Both the position numbers and the translations under genes were made by a program. Shown in pieces: positions 8,358 to 16,825 of a stretch of 64,000 nucleotides of DNA. This DNA is from a virus. Positions within the stretch are counted from its first letter, which is position 1. Each line of letters starts with the position of its first letter. The stretch is from positions 36,368 through 100,367 of IMG/VR virus record IMGVR_UViG_3300043449_000987. One strand, given 5' to 3'. The notes beneath the pieces are model-generated. The model searched no databases and had not been told where the DNA came from. It saw only the letters and a list, made by a program, of their open reading frames with translations.

Positions 8358-9440
8358 TTACTTAACTAGTGTAACCTTTGACTTTGGATTAGCCTTGTTC
8401 CACTTTGTAGCAAGTGCATTGAATGCTTTCTTAATTGCAGCAAGTGCAGCAGCATTATCTGCCTTTAACTTTGCAATTTCTGCATCCTTAGCAGCGATTG
8501 TTGCTGTTGCAGAGTCTGTTGCAGACTTTAGATCTGCTGCAGCCTTAGTTGCTGCTGCTGCTGCGTTAGCATTTGCGGTTGCAAGAGCAGCATCTGCTAC
8601 AGCCTTGGCAGCAACTGCTGCATCTGCAATAGCCTTTTGTGCTGCAAGTTCAGAAAGAAGATCACGAACTGTGATTGTCTTTACTACGCTTGAGGTTACT
8701 GTGTTGAATCCTGCTACTGCAGTTGCAACATCAGATGCGTTGGTAACAGAAACAACAAGTGTTGAAGAACCTGTTGCTGGAAGTGTTACCTTAAATTCTG
8801 CTTGACCAAAATTGGTTAGAGTTGAACCAGTTGTAGCAGTAGTTGTATCAAGGGTTCCGCCAACAACAAGTGCTGTTAGGCCCTTACCTGATACCTTATT
8901 TCCAAATACGTCTGTTGCTGTTACTGTTGCAGTTACAACGCTTGAAGTTGTTCCGCCATCGGCAGCAGAAACTGATACGGTATTAATCTTACCTGCAGTT
9001 CCTTGTACGTAATATGTAAGTGTTGTTCCGCCATTTGTAATTGCAACTGTTCCAATTGCGGTTGTCTTTGTATAGACATAAAATGTTGCGGTTGTTCCTG
9101 TACCAGTTGCAATTGTCAAGGATGATGATCCTGATGATGCAGATACTGGTGCAGCAGATGTGTGTAGTGCAGACACGATTGTTGCATTAGTAGTTACTAC
9201 AGAAACATTTGTTCCTGTATCAACTGTTGCGACGAACTTTAGTGCGTCAGCAGCATCAACTGTATTGTCTGCAGGGACTGGCAATGCAGCAGGAGTAGCA
9301 ATTGCGGAAGCGGTTGTATTAGCCGTTCCGTCAAGAGATACAGCGACTGTCATTACAGCAGCACTTGCAGGTGATGCCACGATTGTTGCGGTAGTCATGG
9401 CTGCAACCACGGCTAGAGCGATTTTCTTAAATGACTTCAT
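8358..9440 (-). CDS. Secreted Ala/Thr/Val-rich surface (S-layer/Ig-like) protein with a C-terminal coiled coil
   Basis: Signal peptide MKSFKKIALAVVAA...ASA, Big-like motif VTATDVFGN.V, basic C-terminal tail WNKANPKSKVTLVK, strong downstream terminator. Confidence 0.7.
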   Translation of the reverse strand: MKSFKKIALAVVAAMTTATIVASPASAAVMTVAVSLDGTANTTASAIATPAALPVPADNTVDAADALKFVATVDTGTNVSVVTTNATIVSALHTSAAPVSASSGSSSLTIATGTGTTATFYVYTKTTAIGTVAITNGGTTLTYYVQGTAGKINTVSVSAADGGTTSSVVTATVTATDVFGNKVSGKGLTALVVGGTLDTTTATTGSTLTNFGQAEFKVTLPATGSSTLVVSVTNASDVATAVAGFNTVTSSVVKTITVRDLLSELAAQKAIADAAVAAKAVADAALATANANAAAAATKAAADLKSATDSATATIAAKDAEIAKLKADNAAALAAIKKAFNALATKWNKANPKSKVTLVK

Positions 9441-9458
9441 TTAATTTATTCCTTTTCT

Positions 9459-11234
9459 TTATATTAGATTGAACCTATCCAGATAATCTTTTACATCATC
9501 AGGCATAGGTTTATATTGTATCACGTTCTCTGGTAGTGGGTCAAGTTTCTGCCTAGATCTATCTCTAAATGTGTGAATCTCGACCTCCTCATCCGTATTT
9601 TTTGGCGTATTTGCTATAGCACCAAAAATTGCACCACACACGGCATCTGCTAAGTCTTTAGAAGATTTACGTGGATGGTCAACTCTATTATTTTTCATTA
9701 TTTTTAACTCTGTTAATTCTTCGAACAAAAGTTCGATTGCTGGCATCACTAGTCTTTCTTCATAAACAAGCATAGCCATATCTTCATAATGCTTTTTAGC
9801 AACAGAAACAGTATCAGTTCTCATTCCAACCTGCTTTAATTCATTTTGAATATCAAATGATTGCCAACGGTCAAATGTGACAAGGCCAATATCAAAACCG
9901 TATCTTCTTAGATTTTGAATCCACAACTTGACTTCTGATAAATTAACTGGACCTTCTATTTTTGGTTCCCAATATACTACTGCATCTACCACTACAACTG
10001 GTGCAACTTGTTGATAATCTTTAATTACCTGAATATTTACCCACTTTTCTACGTGAGCAATTGCAACGGCGCACTTGTCATGTTTTTGTGCAAGGTCAGC
10101 ATGCACATAATATTTTTTATTTGGATCAGGCTTAAATGTTTCATCAAATCGTTTATGGGCGTCAATCGGATTTCGTATTGTCATACAAGCACGTACTTTA
10201 TCAACCTGCTTAAAAAATGCATCTGTTGAGTATGTTGGCACACATGCAAAACGTTGCATAGCATCACCTAGGTCTGTCATAAATGCAATTTTAAAGTCAT
10301 TAATTTTTCTTGTTGGATTTACTTCCCATGTTGGTCTTTTTAATGCAAACACACCAGGATATTTATATGAAACAATTGTATCTTCATCCCATTCAATATC
10401 GAAAGAATTTCCTTCCATATCTGCAGGAAGTTCTTCATTAATAATAAAAGTATGTTTTTTGTGTACAACTTCTTTTTCTAAAATTACTTTATCATATTGA
10501 GTTGAAATAAAGTCTCCTGGATAACGAGGAAATGAAAGCAGTGCTACCTTGCCAAGATCTGGAAAACGAGAATCTACCGAAGCACGAAAGGCTTTGTATA
10601 TGTTGTCAGCAGTTTTACCTTGATCATTACCAGTACCAACCTCACTTGCAAAGCCAGAAATCTCGTCGAGTACTGCAAGCAATAAGTTCAAACCCTCATG
10701 CGACTCTCTTTCTGAGTGACCAGAATAAACTGTGATTGATTTATTAAACTCAATGCTTTCTGCTTTGGCATAAAACTTTCCTGCAAACCAAGGAGATTTT
10801 TCAATCTTGGTTTTAAAACCTTTAAAGAAAACGTTTTTGGCTTGTTGAGCGTTAATAGCAACGTTAATAATATCTATGGCATCTCCACTGGGCTTACCAA
10901 AATATCTTGCTGGGTCCTTAAGGCATAGTAACTTATACACAATGTAAGCACAAGCAACAGTAGAAGTAAAATCTTTTCCACTACCCTTGCCAAGTTGGAG
11001 GATAATTTCATTTTTAGTATATTTCTTATAATATCTTGCACCTTCTTCTTCACCCATAAGATCTACAAGATCTTCTTTTTTATAAATTTGGCTCATTGCT
11101 TCAATAATGTCATACTGGGTTTGTGATAGTGGTGGTTGGGCCAAATACTCTTCACCCTCAACAAACGTACGGGCATCTACTGGAGTTTCCTCAAAGTTGT
11201 TATTTTTTAAAGCCTCTAAAAATTCATCAAACAT
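9459..11234 (-). CDS. terL: Terminase large subunit
   Basis: Walker A GKGSGKD, Walker B LAVLDE, RNase H-like nuclease acids (HADLA, FDRW, KDLADA). Confidence 0.92.
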   Translation of the reverse strand: MFDEFLEALKNNNFEETPVDARTFVEGEEYLAQPPLSQTQYDIIEAMSQIYKKEDLVDLMGEEEGARYYKKYTKNEIILQLGKGSGKDFTSTVACAYIVYKLLCLKDPARYFGKPSGDAIDIINVAINAQQAKNVFFKGFKTKIEKSPWFAGKFYAKAESIEFNKSITVYSGHSERESHEGLNLLLAVLDEISGFASEVGTGNDQGKTADNIYKAFRASVDSRFPDLGKVALLSFPRYPGDFISTQYDKVILEKEVVHKKHTFIINEELPADMEGNSFDIEWDEDTIVSYKYPGVFALKRPTWEVNPTRKINDFKIAFMTDLGDAMQRFACVPTYSTDAFFKQVDKVRACMTIRNPIDAHKRFDETFKPDPNKKYYVHADLAQKHDKCAVAIAHVEKWVNIQVIKDYQQVAPVVVVDAVVYWEPKIEGPVNLSEVKLWIQNLRRYGFDIGLVTFDRWQSFDIQNELKQVGMRTDTVSVAKKHYEDMAMLVYEERLVMPAIELLFEELTELKIMKNNRVDHPRKSSKDLADAVCGAIFGAIANTPKNTDEEVEIHTFRDRSRQKLDPLPENVIQYKPMPDDVKDYLDRFNLI

Positions 11235-11760
11235 CGTGGACTACCGTAATTACTTCATCCTTTTTTGAAATTGCAGAAAGTCTTTTCATAATTTCATCAC
11301 GCACTTGTGGGTATTCAGAGGCAATGTCTCTTAGAATACTCATAAGCACTTGCTGTCTATTTTCAATTTCAACCATTTCTTCTGCTAACTCTTTATTTTC
11401 TAGTAAGCCAGCCTTTTGAAGCATGTCAATTCTTTTTGATTCAATGTCCATTACAAGTTTAATTGCAGCAGTTTTTGCACTAAGATTATTAGTCATGGAT
11501 GCCTCATCAATGACCTCGTAAGATCTAGATATTAGTTTGCCGTAATGAGCATCTGCTGCAGCAAGCGCTTCTTTTGCACGAGCACGAATAGCATCATTGG
11601 CAGAAGCCATTACCTTCCATTCGTTAATTAACTGTACAACACGAGTTCTTGGAATGCTTAATTCTTTGGAAATAACTGTTGGGTCATTACCCTTTAGGTA
11701 TTCTTCTACAACGTTATTAACTTCATCTAAATGCTTTACAAGATCATCTTCAGTTGACAT
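11227..11760 (-). CDS. Probable terminase small subunit (HTH + coiled coil)
   Basis: Overlaps the terL start; N-terminal HTH (ISKELSIPRTRV). Confidence 0.65.
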   Translation of the reverse strand: MSTEDDLVKHLDEVNNVVEEYLKGNDPTVISKELSIPRTRVVQLINEWKVMASANDAIRARAKEALAAADAHYGKLISRSYEVIDEASMTNNLSAKTAAIKLVMDIESKRIDMLQKAGLLENKELAEEMVEIENRQQVLMSILRDIASEYPQVRDEIMKRLSAISKKDEVITVVHDV

Positions 11761-12022
11761 TATTTAGTTCCCTTGCAATTTTTAATAAAATTAAATAACC
11801 AATCAAATCATCAATGTCATTATCGCCAATAAATGACCCACCTCTAGTAATTCTAGATAGTTTGTCATCAATTCTTACATGTAGTTGCTCAACATTATCT
11901 GCTGTTGCAAAAATTCTAACTGGATTTAGTGCTGAATCACCATAAGATTTATTTTTTGCAATTAGCATTGCCTTAATTTCGTCACAGACTTGTGCAATAG
12001 TAAACTGTGTCTCTTCACTCAT
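11750..12022 (-). CDS. DUF1599/Nmad1-like nucleotide-modification-associated protein (start revised to MSEET)
   Basis: KNKSYGDS, RIDDKLSR and DDLIGY motifs. Confidence 0.7.
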   Translation of the reverse strand: MSEETQFTIAQVCDEIKAMLIAKNKSYGDSALNPVRIFATADNVEQLHVRIDDKLSRITRGGSFIGDNDIDDLIGYLILLKIARELNNVN

Positions 12023-12149
12023 CGTTTTCATCCTCATCCATGTCCCATTCAAAAGCGTCAGGAAGACCACGCAATGTGAAGAGCGCATAACTTATGCCTA
12101 CTGCACCAACAATGGTTGCAACAAGCAAAGACTTTTTTATTTTATTCAT
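12015..12149 (-). CDS. Unlisted 44-aa single-TM protein with an acidic tail (MNKIKKSLLVATIVGAVGISYALFTLRGLPDAFEWDMDEDENDE)
   Basis: Fills the gap; ATGA overlap upstream and ATGAGTGA overlap downstream. Confidence 0.7.
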   Translation of the reverse strand: MNKIKKSLLVATIVGAVGISYALFTLRGLPDAFEWDMDEDENDE

Positions 12150-12301
12150 CGTTTTGACTTCCTAAGATTAAATTTTGCAAGGTAAACGTATATAGTTTCA
12201 ACACTAGTTCCGCACTCCTTTGCAATTTCTTGTGGAGTCTTTTTATCCATAACAAAACGTTTACGAAGCCAAGACTCACTAGTATATAGTTTAGCACCCA
12301 T
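12146..12301 (-). CDS. Small HTH DNA-binding protein (start revised to MGAKLY)
   Basis: TPQEIAKECGTSVETIYVYL helix-turn-helix. Confidence 0.75.
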   Translation of the reverse strand: MGAKLYTSESWLRKRFVMDKKTPQEIAKECGTSVETIYVYLAKFNLRKSKR

Positions 12302-12316
12302 CAGACTATTTGTCAA
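12288..12316 (-). promoter_or_regulatory. Promoter TTGACA-N17-TAAACT with TG extension, overlapping the HTH gene start
   Basis: Perfect -35 at 12311-12316; -10 at 12288-12293. Confidence 0.6.
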
Positions 12317-12902
12317 CTCCAATCGCCTTACCCCAATTATTGATAGCCCAATGACCAATACCACAGGCATCTGCAACATCGTGATCCGTTATATTTCTAT
12401 CATAATAAACATTTATTAGTTTTATTGTTCTTTCTTTTCTAAAGTTACGCTCAAATGTTTTATACCAGGAATCTGTTTTGCCAGGATTACTAAATCTGAT
12501 AGCAAGTTGTTCATCTTTATTTAATTTTTTATTTCCAATGTAATTTTGCCATGTTATTGGAGCCACCTTTCCAATAATTTTTGTTCCAGATTGGCCAGCA
12601 GCACCCAAAATTGCACCTTGAACTAAAGCAAGATCTGCAGCAGTTTTGGGACTATTCATAAATACTGTATGCTCAATCACTATAGCCTCAAATCCACCAT
12701 AATACTCAAAGAAGGCCCTTACCTTTTTACCAGCATCCATAACCTTCTCGTAAGTATCATTACCAGAAAAATTAATCTTTCCAACAGTGCCCAACGCTTT
12801 TTGTTGGGTATCAAACAAAGCAAAAGCAAGGCTGTTAGTACTGGCATCAATAGAACATATTGTAGATGGCATGGCCTCTAAACCCCATTTATTTTTTACC
12901 AT
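12306..12902 (-). CDS. ruvC: RuvC-like Holliday junction resolvase
   Basis: SIDAST, IVIEH and DVADACGI catalytic acids. Confidence 0.8.
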   Translation of the reverse strand: MVKNKWGLEAMPSTICSIDASTNSLAFALFDTQQKALGTVGKINFSGNDTYEKVMDAGKKVRAFFEYYGGFEAIVIEHTVFMNSPKTAADLALVQGAILGAAGQSGTKIIGKVAPITWQNYIGNKKLNKDEQLAIRFSNPGKTDSWYKTFERNFRKERTIKLINVYYDRNITDHDVADACGIGHWAINNWGKAIGVDK

Positions 12903-13176
12903 TTGACAAACCCTTAATCTGCTTTAACACTTTTTTAACATCCACTGGATTTATACTACACTGATTGCACAGTGGATCATCATTATATATAGATAAATCT
13001 TCTCCACAGGACTTGCACTTTCGCACCTTGTTTTTTCTTTTTTGTCTTCTTGTTATTAAATAACGTGCTGCAATTTTTTCTTTTGTAGCAGAGTCTCTAC
13101 ACTCTACTGAACAGTAGATCTGATAACTTACTTCTGTAGTAAATTCGGCATCACACCATCGACAGTGTTTCATCAA
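12889..13176 (-). CDS. Cys-rich zinc-binding protein
   Basis: CxxC, YCS..C, CxxC, CxxC. Confidence 0.65.
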   Translation of the reverse strand: MMKHCRWCDAEFTTEVSYQIYCSVECRDSATKEKIAARYLITRRQKRKNKVRKCKSCGEDLSIYNDDPLCNQCSINPVDVKKVLKQIKGLSNGKK

Positions 13177-13954
13177 TTGGCTCCAGAGATTTCAACTTTA
13201 TTGTTCCATCTCCAGCAGCAGCACAAGCCTTTTGAACTGGACAAGTTTTGCATATTTTAGAGTTGGATCTATAGTTTTTACTAGGCAAAGTTCTATCAAC
13301 CCATGCCTTACGAACTTCTCTCATCCAATCAAATGCTTGGTCTACCCACCGAACATAATAATCATTTACTTCTACAGGAAGAATTAATAACTCGTGATTA
13401 TTTTTATTTTCATAAATAAACACTGCATTCTTCTTCTTAAGAATTTTCATATAAATAAGCAACTGAATTAAATGCCCAGTCTTTGGCTTACCAGATGCTT
13501 TTCTATATTCAAAAGCCTCACTCATCATTGTTTTAATTTCACCAAGTAATGGCTCTCCCTGCCAATTTAACATTACATCCCCATAACCAAAAATTGGTGG
13601 ATCGACGTATGTTATTTTAAATTCATCTTCAATTAATATTCCAGCATCACGCATTGCCTTTTGAATTCTTCCATGAGACAGTGTTCCAGATGTCATATTA
13701 GCAACACCGTATGCATCAGAATTATCTTCAAAATCTGCACCATCAAATGCTATATACCAATATCTTGCACATTCTCCATGCGAGTATGCAAGTGTAGAAG
13801 GAGCAAAAGTTTTCTTTGTAGTAAACTTAGTTCCTCTTTCTGCAATATACCCGTGCTGAATTGCCTTAACTAGCCCATCTGGGTCAATTGCGTTTTCCTT
13901 TTTATCTTTAGGTACACCCTTAAGCATAACCTGTTGTAATAAACTTTTTGTCAT
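13151..13954 (-). CDS. Cas4-like PD-(D/E)xK exonuclease with Fe-S cysteines
   Basis: ECARY, GD...GEIKT, QLLIY, CKTCPVQKAC. Confidence 0.85.
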   Translation of the reverse strand: MTKSLLQQVMLKGVPKDKKENAIDPDGLVKAIQHGYIAERGTKFTTKKTFAPSTLAYSHGECARYWYIAFDGADFEDNSDAYGVANMTSGTLSHGRIQKAMRDAGILIEDEFKITYVDPPIFGYGDVMLNWQGEPLLGEIKTMMSEAFEYRKASGKPKTGHLIQLLIYMKILKKKNAVFIYENKNNHELLILPVEVNDYYVRWVDQAFDWMREVRKAWVDRTLPSKNYRSNSKICKTCPVQKACAAAGDGTIKLKSLEPIDETLSMV

Positions 13955-13977
13955 TTTAACTCTTCTCTATTCATATA

Positions 13978-13986
13978 AGTATAGCA
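13978..13986 (-). promoter_or_regulatory. Extended -10 TGCTATACT
   Basis: Intergenic, upstream of the Cas4-like gene. Confidence 0.65.
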
Positions 13987-13988
13987 GA

Positions 13989-14294
13989 TTACCTTGTAAT
14001 ATACTTTAGTGCCGAAACCAAATTATTAATTGATTCGGCTGCTGTGTAGTAAAGATTCTTTTTAGCACGATCACCCTTATCAACATTTGCCATCCAAGTT
14101 GCCTTTAAAGACATTTTGGCTGCGATTGCCTGAAGCCTGACTATCTCAATTGTAACAACATTAAGAGGCACATCAGGTTTTAAAATTACCTTTGCAATGA
14201 AGGTAAGTGCTGTATTCAGTTCTTCATCTTGCATGTAGTCAGCAATTTCTGATAAACCACTGATCATATCTATTGTTGGTTGTGTTTGTTCCAT
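13989..14294 (-). CDS. Conserved-looking helical hypothetical protein
   Basis: ORF in operon context. Confidence 0.65.
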   Translation of the reverse strand: MEQTQPTIDMISGLSEIADYMQDEELNTALTFIAKVILKPDVPLNVVTIEIVRLQAIAAKMSLKATWMANVDKGDRAKKNLYYTAAESINNLVSALKYITR

Positions 14295-14296
14295 TA

Positions 14297-15103
14297 TTAT
14301 CCCATCGACCTTATATCAATACCATCTTTAACCCCGTCGTCATTCCACAACTTAAAGGCAGCCATCATATCATCTCTAGACTGTAGTTCGTCCAAATACT
14401 GTTTTCTTCTCTCTGGAAAATGTTCTGGATCTATTGGATTTAATTCTCCAGTAAACCTATAACTATTGGTTCTACAATAGTCCATACTAATAATCTCGCA
14501 AAACTCGCCCTCTGCAAATTTACGTTTTGGTCTCCAATGTATTTGATTTACAGCACTAAACACAATTGTCTGACCTGCTCCAAGAGAATACTTTGTAAAA
14601 TTTTTAGTATCATTCCAATTACTTACATACAAATCCCATTCAATATTTGTATCTAAACAATAATTTATTGTAACTAAATTTTCATCAGCATCCAGATGAG
14701 GTGGGAGGGCAGGAGAATTATCTCCATAGCCATGCTTGATATTATAATCAATGTAGTTCCAATGACATAGTGCTATATCATCATTGTATAGTGGCTTTGC
14801 TATTGCATCTAATTTATCTTCAAGGTGTTTTGGCATGTCGAACTCAATTAAAGTACGAGACATGTTCTTTGCAATTTTAGGCTGATACCTACTACGAAAC
14901 TCTGAGTTACGAATATAGCCATCCTCAACTCTGTCGCCAATAATAAAAGGCTCAATAAGTCTATTTGTTTCGATGATTTCTCTTAATTGATTTCTATCTT
15001 CTTCTGAAAATAAATTGTCAATATAAAAAGGCAAGGGCCTAGAGTAATTATCAAATCCAGTTAAGTATTTGTGCAGCCCAGGGATGTTAGTCTGATGCGT
15101 CAT
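14297..15103 (-). CDS. 2OG-Fe(II) oxygenase-like, triplet member 3 (start revised to MTHQT)
   Basis: LPPHLD ... QIHWR; GGGGA SD. Confidence 0.7.
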   Translation of the reverse strand: MTHQTNIPGLHKYLTGFDNYSRPLPFYIDNLFSEEDRNQLREIIETNRLIEPFIIGDRVEDGYIRNSEFRSRYQPKIAKNMSRTLIEFDMPKHLEDKLDAIAKPLYNDDIALCHWNYIDYNIKHGYGDNSPALPPHLDADENLVTINYCLDTNIEWDLYVSNWNDTKNFTKYSLGAGQTIVFSAVNQIHWRPKRKFAEGEFCEIISMDYCRTNSYRFTGELNPIDPEHFPERRKQYLDELQSRDDMMAAFKLWNDDGVKDGIDIRSMG

Positions 15104-15704
15104 TCGTAAATCCCCCATTAGCAAAAAATACCTTCTTGTATTCACTTGCCTTTGCGTTCATTATTGAATTTACTTCTTCACCCTTTGGTGCAGCACCTGG
15201 TTCTGAAAAATGGAAAAACACCATTTCTACAAACTGGTCGTCTGCAAAATCTTGTGGCTTTCTCCAATGTATTTGATGTGTGCCACTAAATGTAACAGCC
15301 TCATTATTTTTTAGTGTAAATTCTTTATCTGGTTCAACAATTAATGGCCAATCAATATTGCCATTGATCTGGTAATCAAAAGTAAATCTTGGCTCTTTAA
15401 ATGTTTCATCATAATGAGGAAACAGTGAAGGCTTGTAGTGATATTTTCCACAATTGCTTGTGACGTTATTATATCTAGCATGACAATATTCTGTGACTTC
15501 AATCTTGTCATTACCGCTTAACTCTCTGGCAATTTTAGTTACCTTATCAATAATGTTTTGTGGCAACGAAATAAAGGTGTTTGCTTGTGCGTGAACCTTA
15601 ACAAAGTCTCCACCAGAATTATTTTGTACAGCCTTATAGATTTCATTAATCTCATCTCTTGTAAATACATCTTTAACAATTGTATTTATTTCATCGTATT
15701 TCAT
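15087..15704 (-). CDS. 2OG-Fe(II) oxygenase-like, triplet member 2
   Basis: LFPHYD ... FSGTHQIHWR. Confidence 0.75.
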   Translation of the reverse strand: MKYDEINTIVKDVFTRDEINEIYKAVQNNSGGDFVKVHAQANTFISLPQNIIDKVTKIARELSGNDKIEVTEYCHARYNNVTSNCGKYHYKPSLFPHYDETFKEPRFTFDYQINGNIDWPLIVEPDKEFTLKNNEAVTFSGTHQIHWRKPQDFADDQFVEMVFFHFSEPGAAPKGEEVNSIMNAKASEYKKVFFANGGFTNDASD

Positions 15705-15725
15705 AGTATTACTCCTTTATATATA

Positions 15726-16373
15726 TTATACACTATACTTCTGAACACCATTATTAATGCCTGTGTGATCCATTAAAAACCTTGAACGCTCTTCCAAAAC
15801 CTCTTTTTGGCCTGGGTCAAGTGGGGTTGGATCGACATACTGTAAATGACAAAAAATCATATCGATCTTTGTATTTGGTTGTAGTTTTTTATTTTCTCTC
15901 CAATGTATTTGCTGTGTTCCAGCAAAAATTAATGCTTCATTATTATTTAAATAATATGTATTATTTTCGACAACAATACCCCATGGTTCATCTGCATTTA
16001 ATTGAATATCAAAGGTTATGCGTTGGGTTTCTCTAGTATCATAATGTGGAAATAACTTACACTCAAATCCATACTCTGGGGTGTATCTTGCAAAAGAATA
16101 ATCACCGTCTAATTTAATATGATTGCCAAGTATTGATTGTGCAGACCTGGTTATTGCATCCTCAATCTCTTTAGAAAATTTGATGTCCCATGCTCTATGA
16201 CCTGCCCACTCTTGAAGTCTTGTACTATCAAGACTAGTGCTATTTACTTTTTCATAAATTTCATCAATTTGCGCTTTTGTAAAAATATTAGTAGCCCTTT
16301 TTACTTCAAAATCTTGATTGCTTATTGGTTGTTGGGTAGCCCTTAAAGAGTTGTAATCATTAATATAGTTCAT
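15726..16373 (-). CDS. 2OG-Fe(II) oxygenase-like, triplet member 1 (leaderless start MNYIN)
   Basis: LFPHYD ... FAGTQQIHWR; ATG 6 nt after TATAAT (16380-16385). Confidence 0.75.
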   Translation of the reverse strand: MNYINDYNSLRATQQPISNQDFEVKRATNIFTKAQIDEIYEKVNSTSLDSTRLQEWAGHRAWDIKFSKEIEDAITRSAQSILGNHIKLDGDYSFARYTPEYGFECKLFPHYDTRETQRITFDIQLNADEPWGIVVENNTYYLNNNEALIFAGTQQIHWRENKKLQPNTKIDMIFCHLQYVDPTPLDPGQKEVLEERSRFLMDHTGINNGVQKYSV

Positions 16374-16380
16374 GGTTTTA

Positions 16381-16665
16381 TTATACACCATCTACCAATT
16401 GCTCTAATATCGACATTTCAATAATTGCAAGGCGAACCTTTGTGTTTCCATCGCCAATTACAACAATAATTGCTGGATCATTTCCATTTCTAATGGCATC
16501 AGTTGTGGCCTTGGCCCAAACCTCTTTGTTTAATGTAAAAGATTTACCAACCTCTTTAAAGTCTACCGTAAAGTTTTCCCACGAAGCATCTCCTTTGTGT
16601 GTTCCTCTGCCAGAATTTTTATGCTGTTTAGCACCTATTCTCTTTGATTCACTCGTTTCCGTCAA
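16381..16665 (-). CDS. Small PD-(D/E)xK nuclease, Hjc-like resolvase
   Basis: SG.G..KGD....F.VDFKE. Confidence 0.7.
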   Translation of the reverse strand: MTETSESKRIGAKQHKNSGRGTHKGDASWENFTVDFKEVGKSFTLNKEVWAKATTDAIRNGNDPAIIVVIGDGNTKVRLAIIEMSILEQLVDGV

Positions 16666-16825
16666 AATCCTTCTTCTTTCTTTTGCCTAAATATACAGTA
16701 GTCAAATGTTTTTCTTTACACATCCAAGTAAGCATTTTTGTTTCCGCATAACATCTCAATGTTGGAACAATTGCCTTACAAGTATGGCAAACCCACTGAC
16801 CACTATAAACAGTATAACTAGCCAT
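16649..16825 (-). CDS. Unlisted 58-aa zinc-ribbon protein (MASYTVYSGQWVCHTC...WMCKEKH...)
   Basis: Fills the gap between recA and the Hjc-like gene, overlapping both; CxxC and CxxxH. Confidence 0.7.
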   Translation of the reverse strand: MASYTVYSGQWVCHTCKAIVPTLRCYAETKMLTWMCKEKHLTTVYLGKRKKKDFDGNE

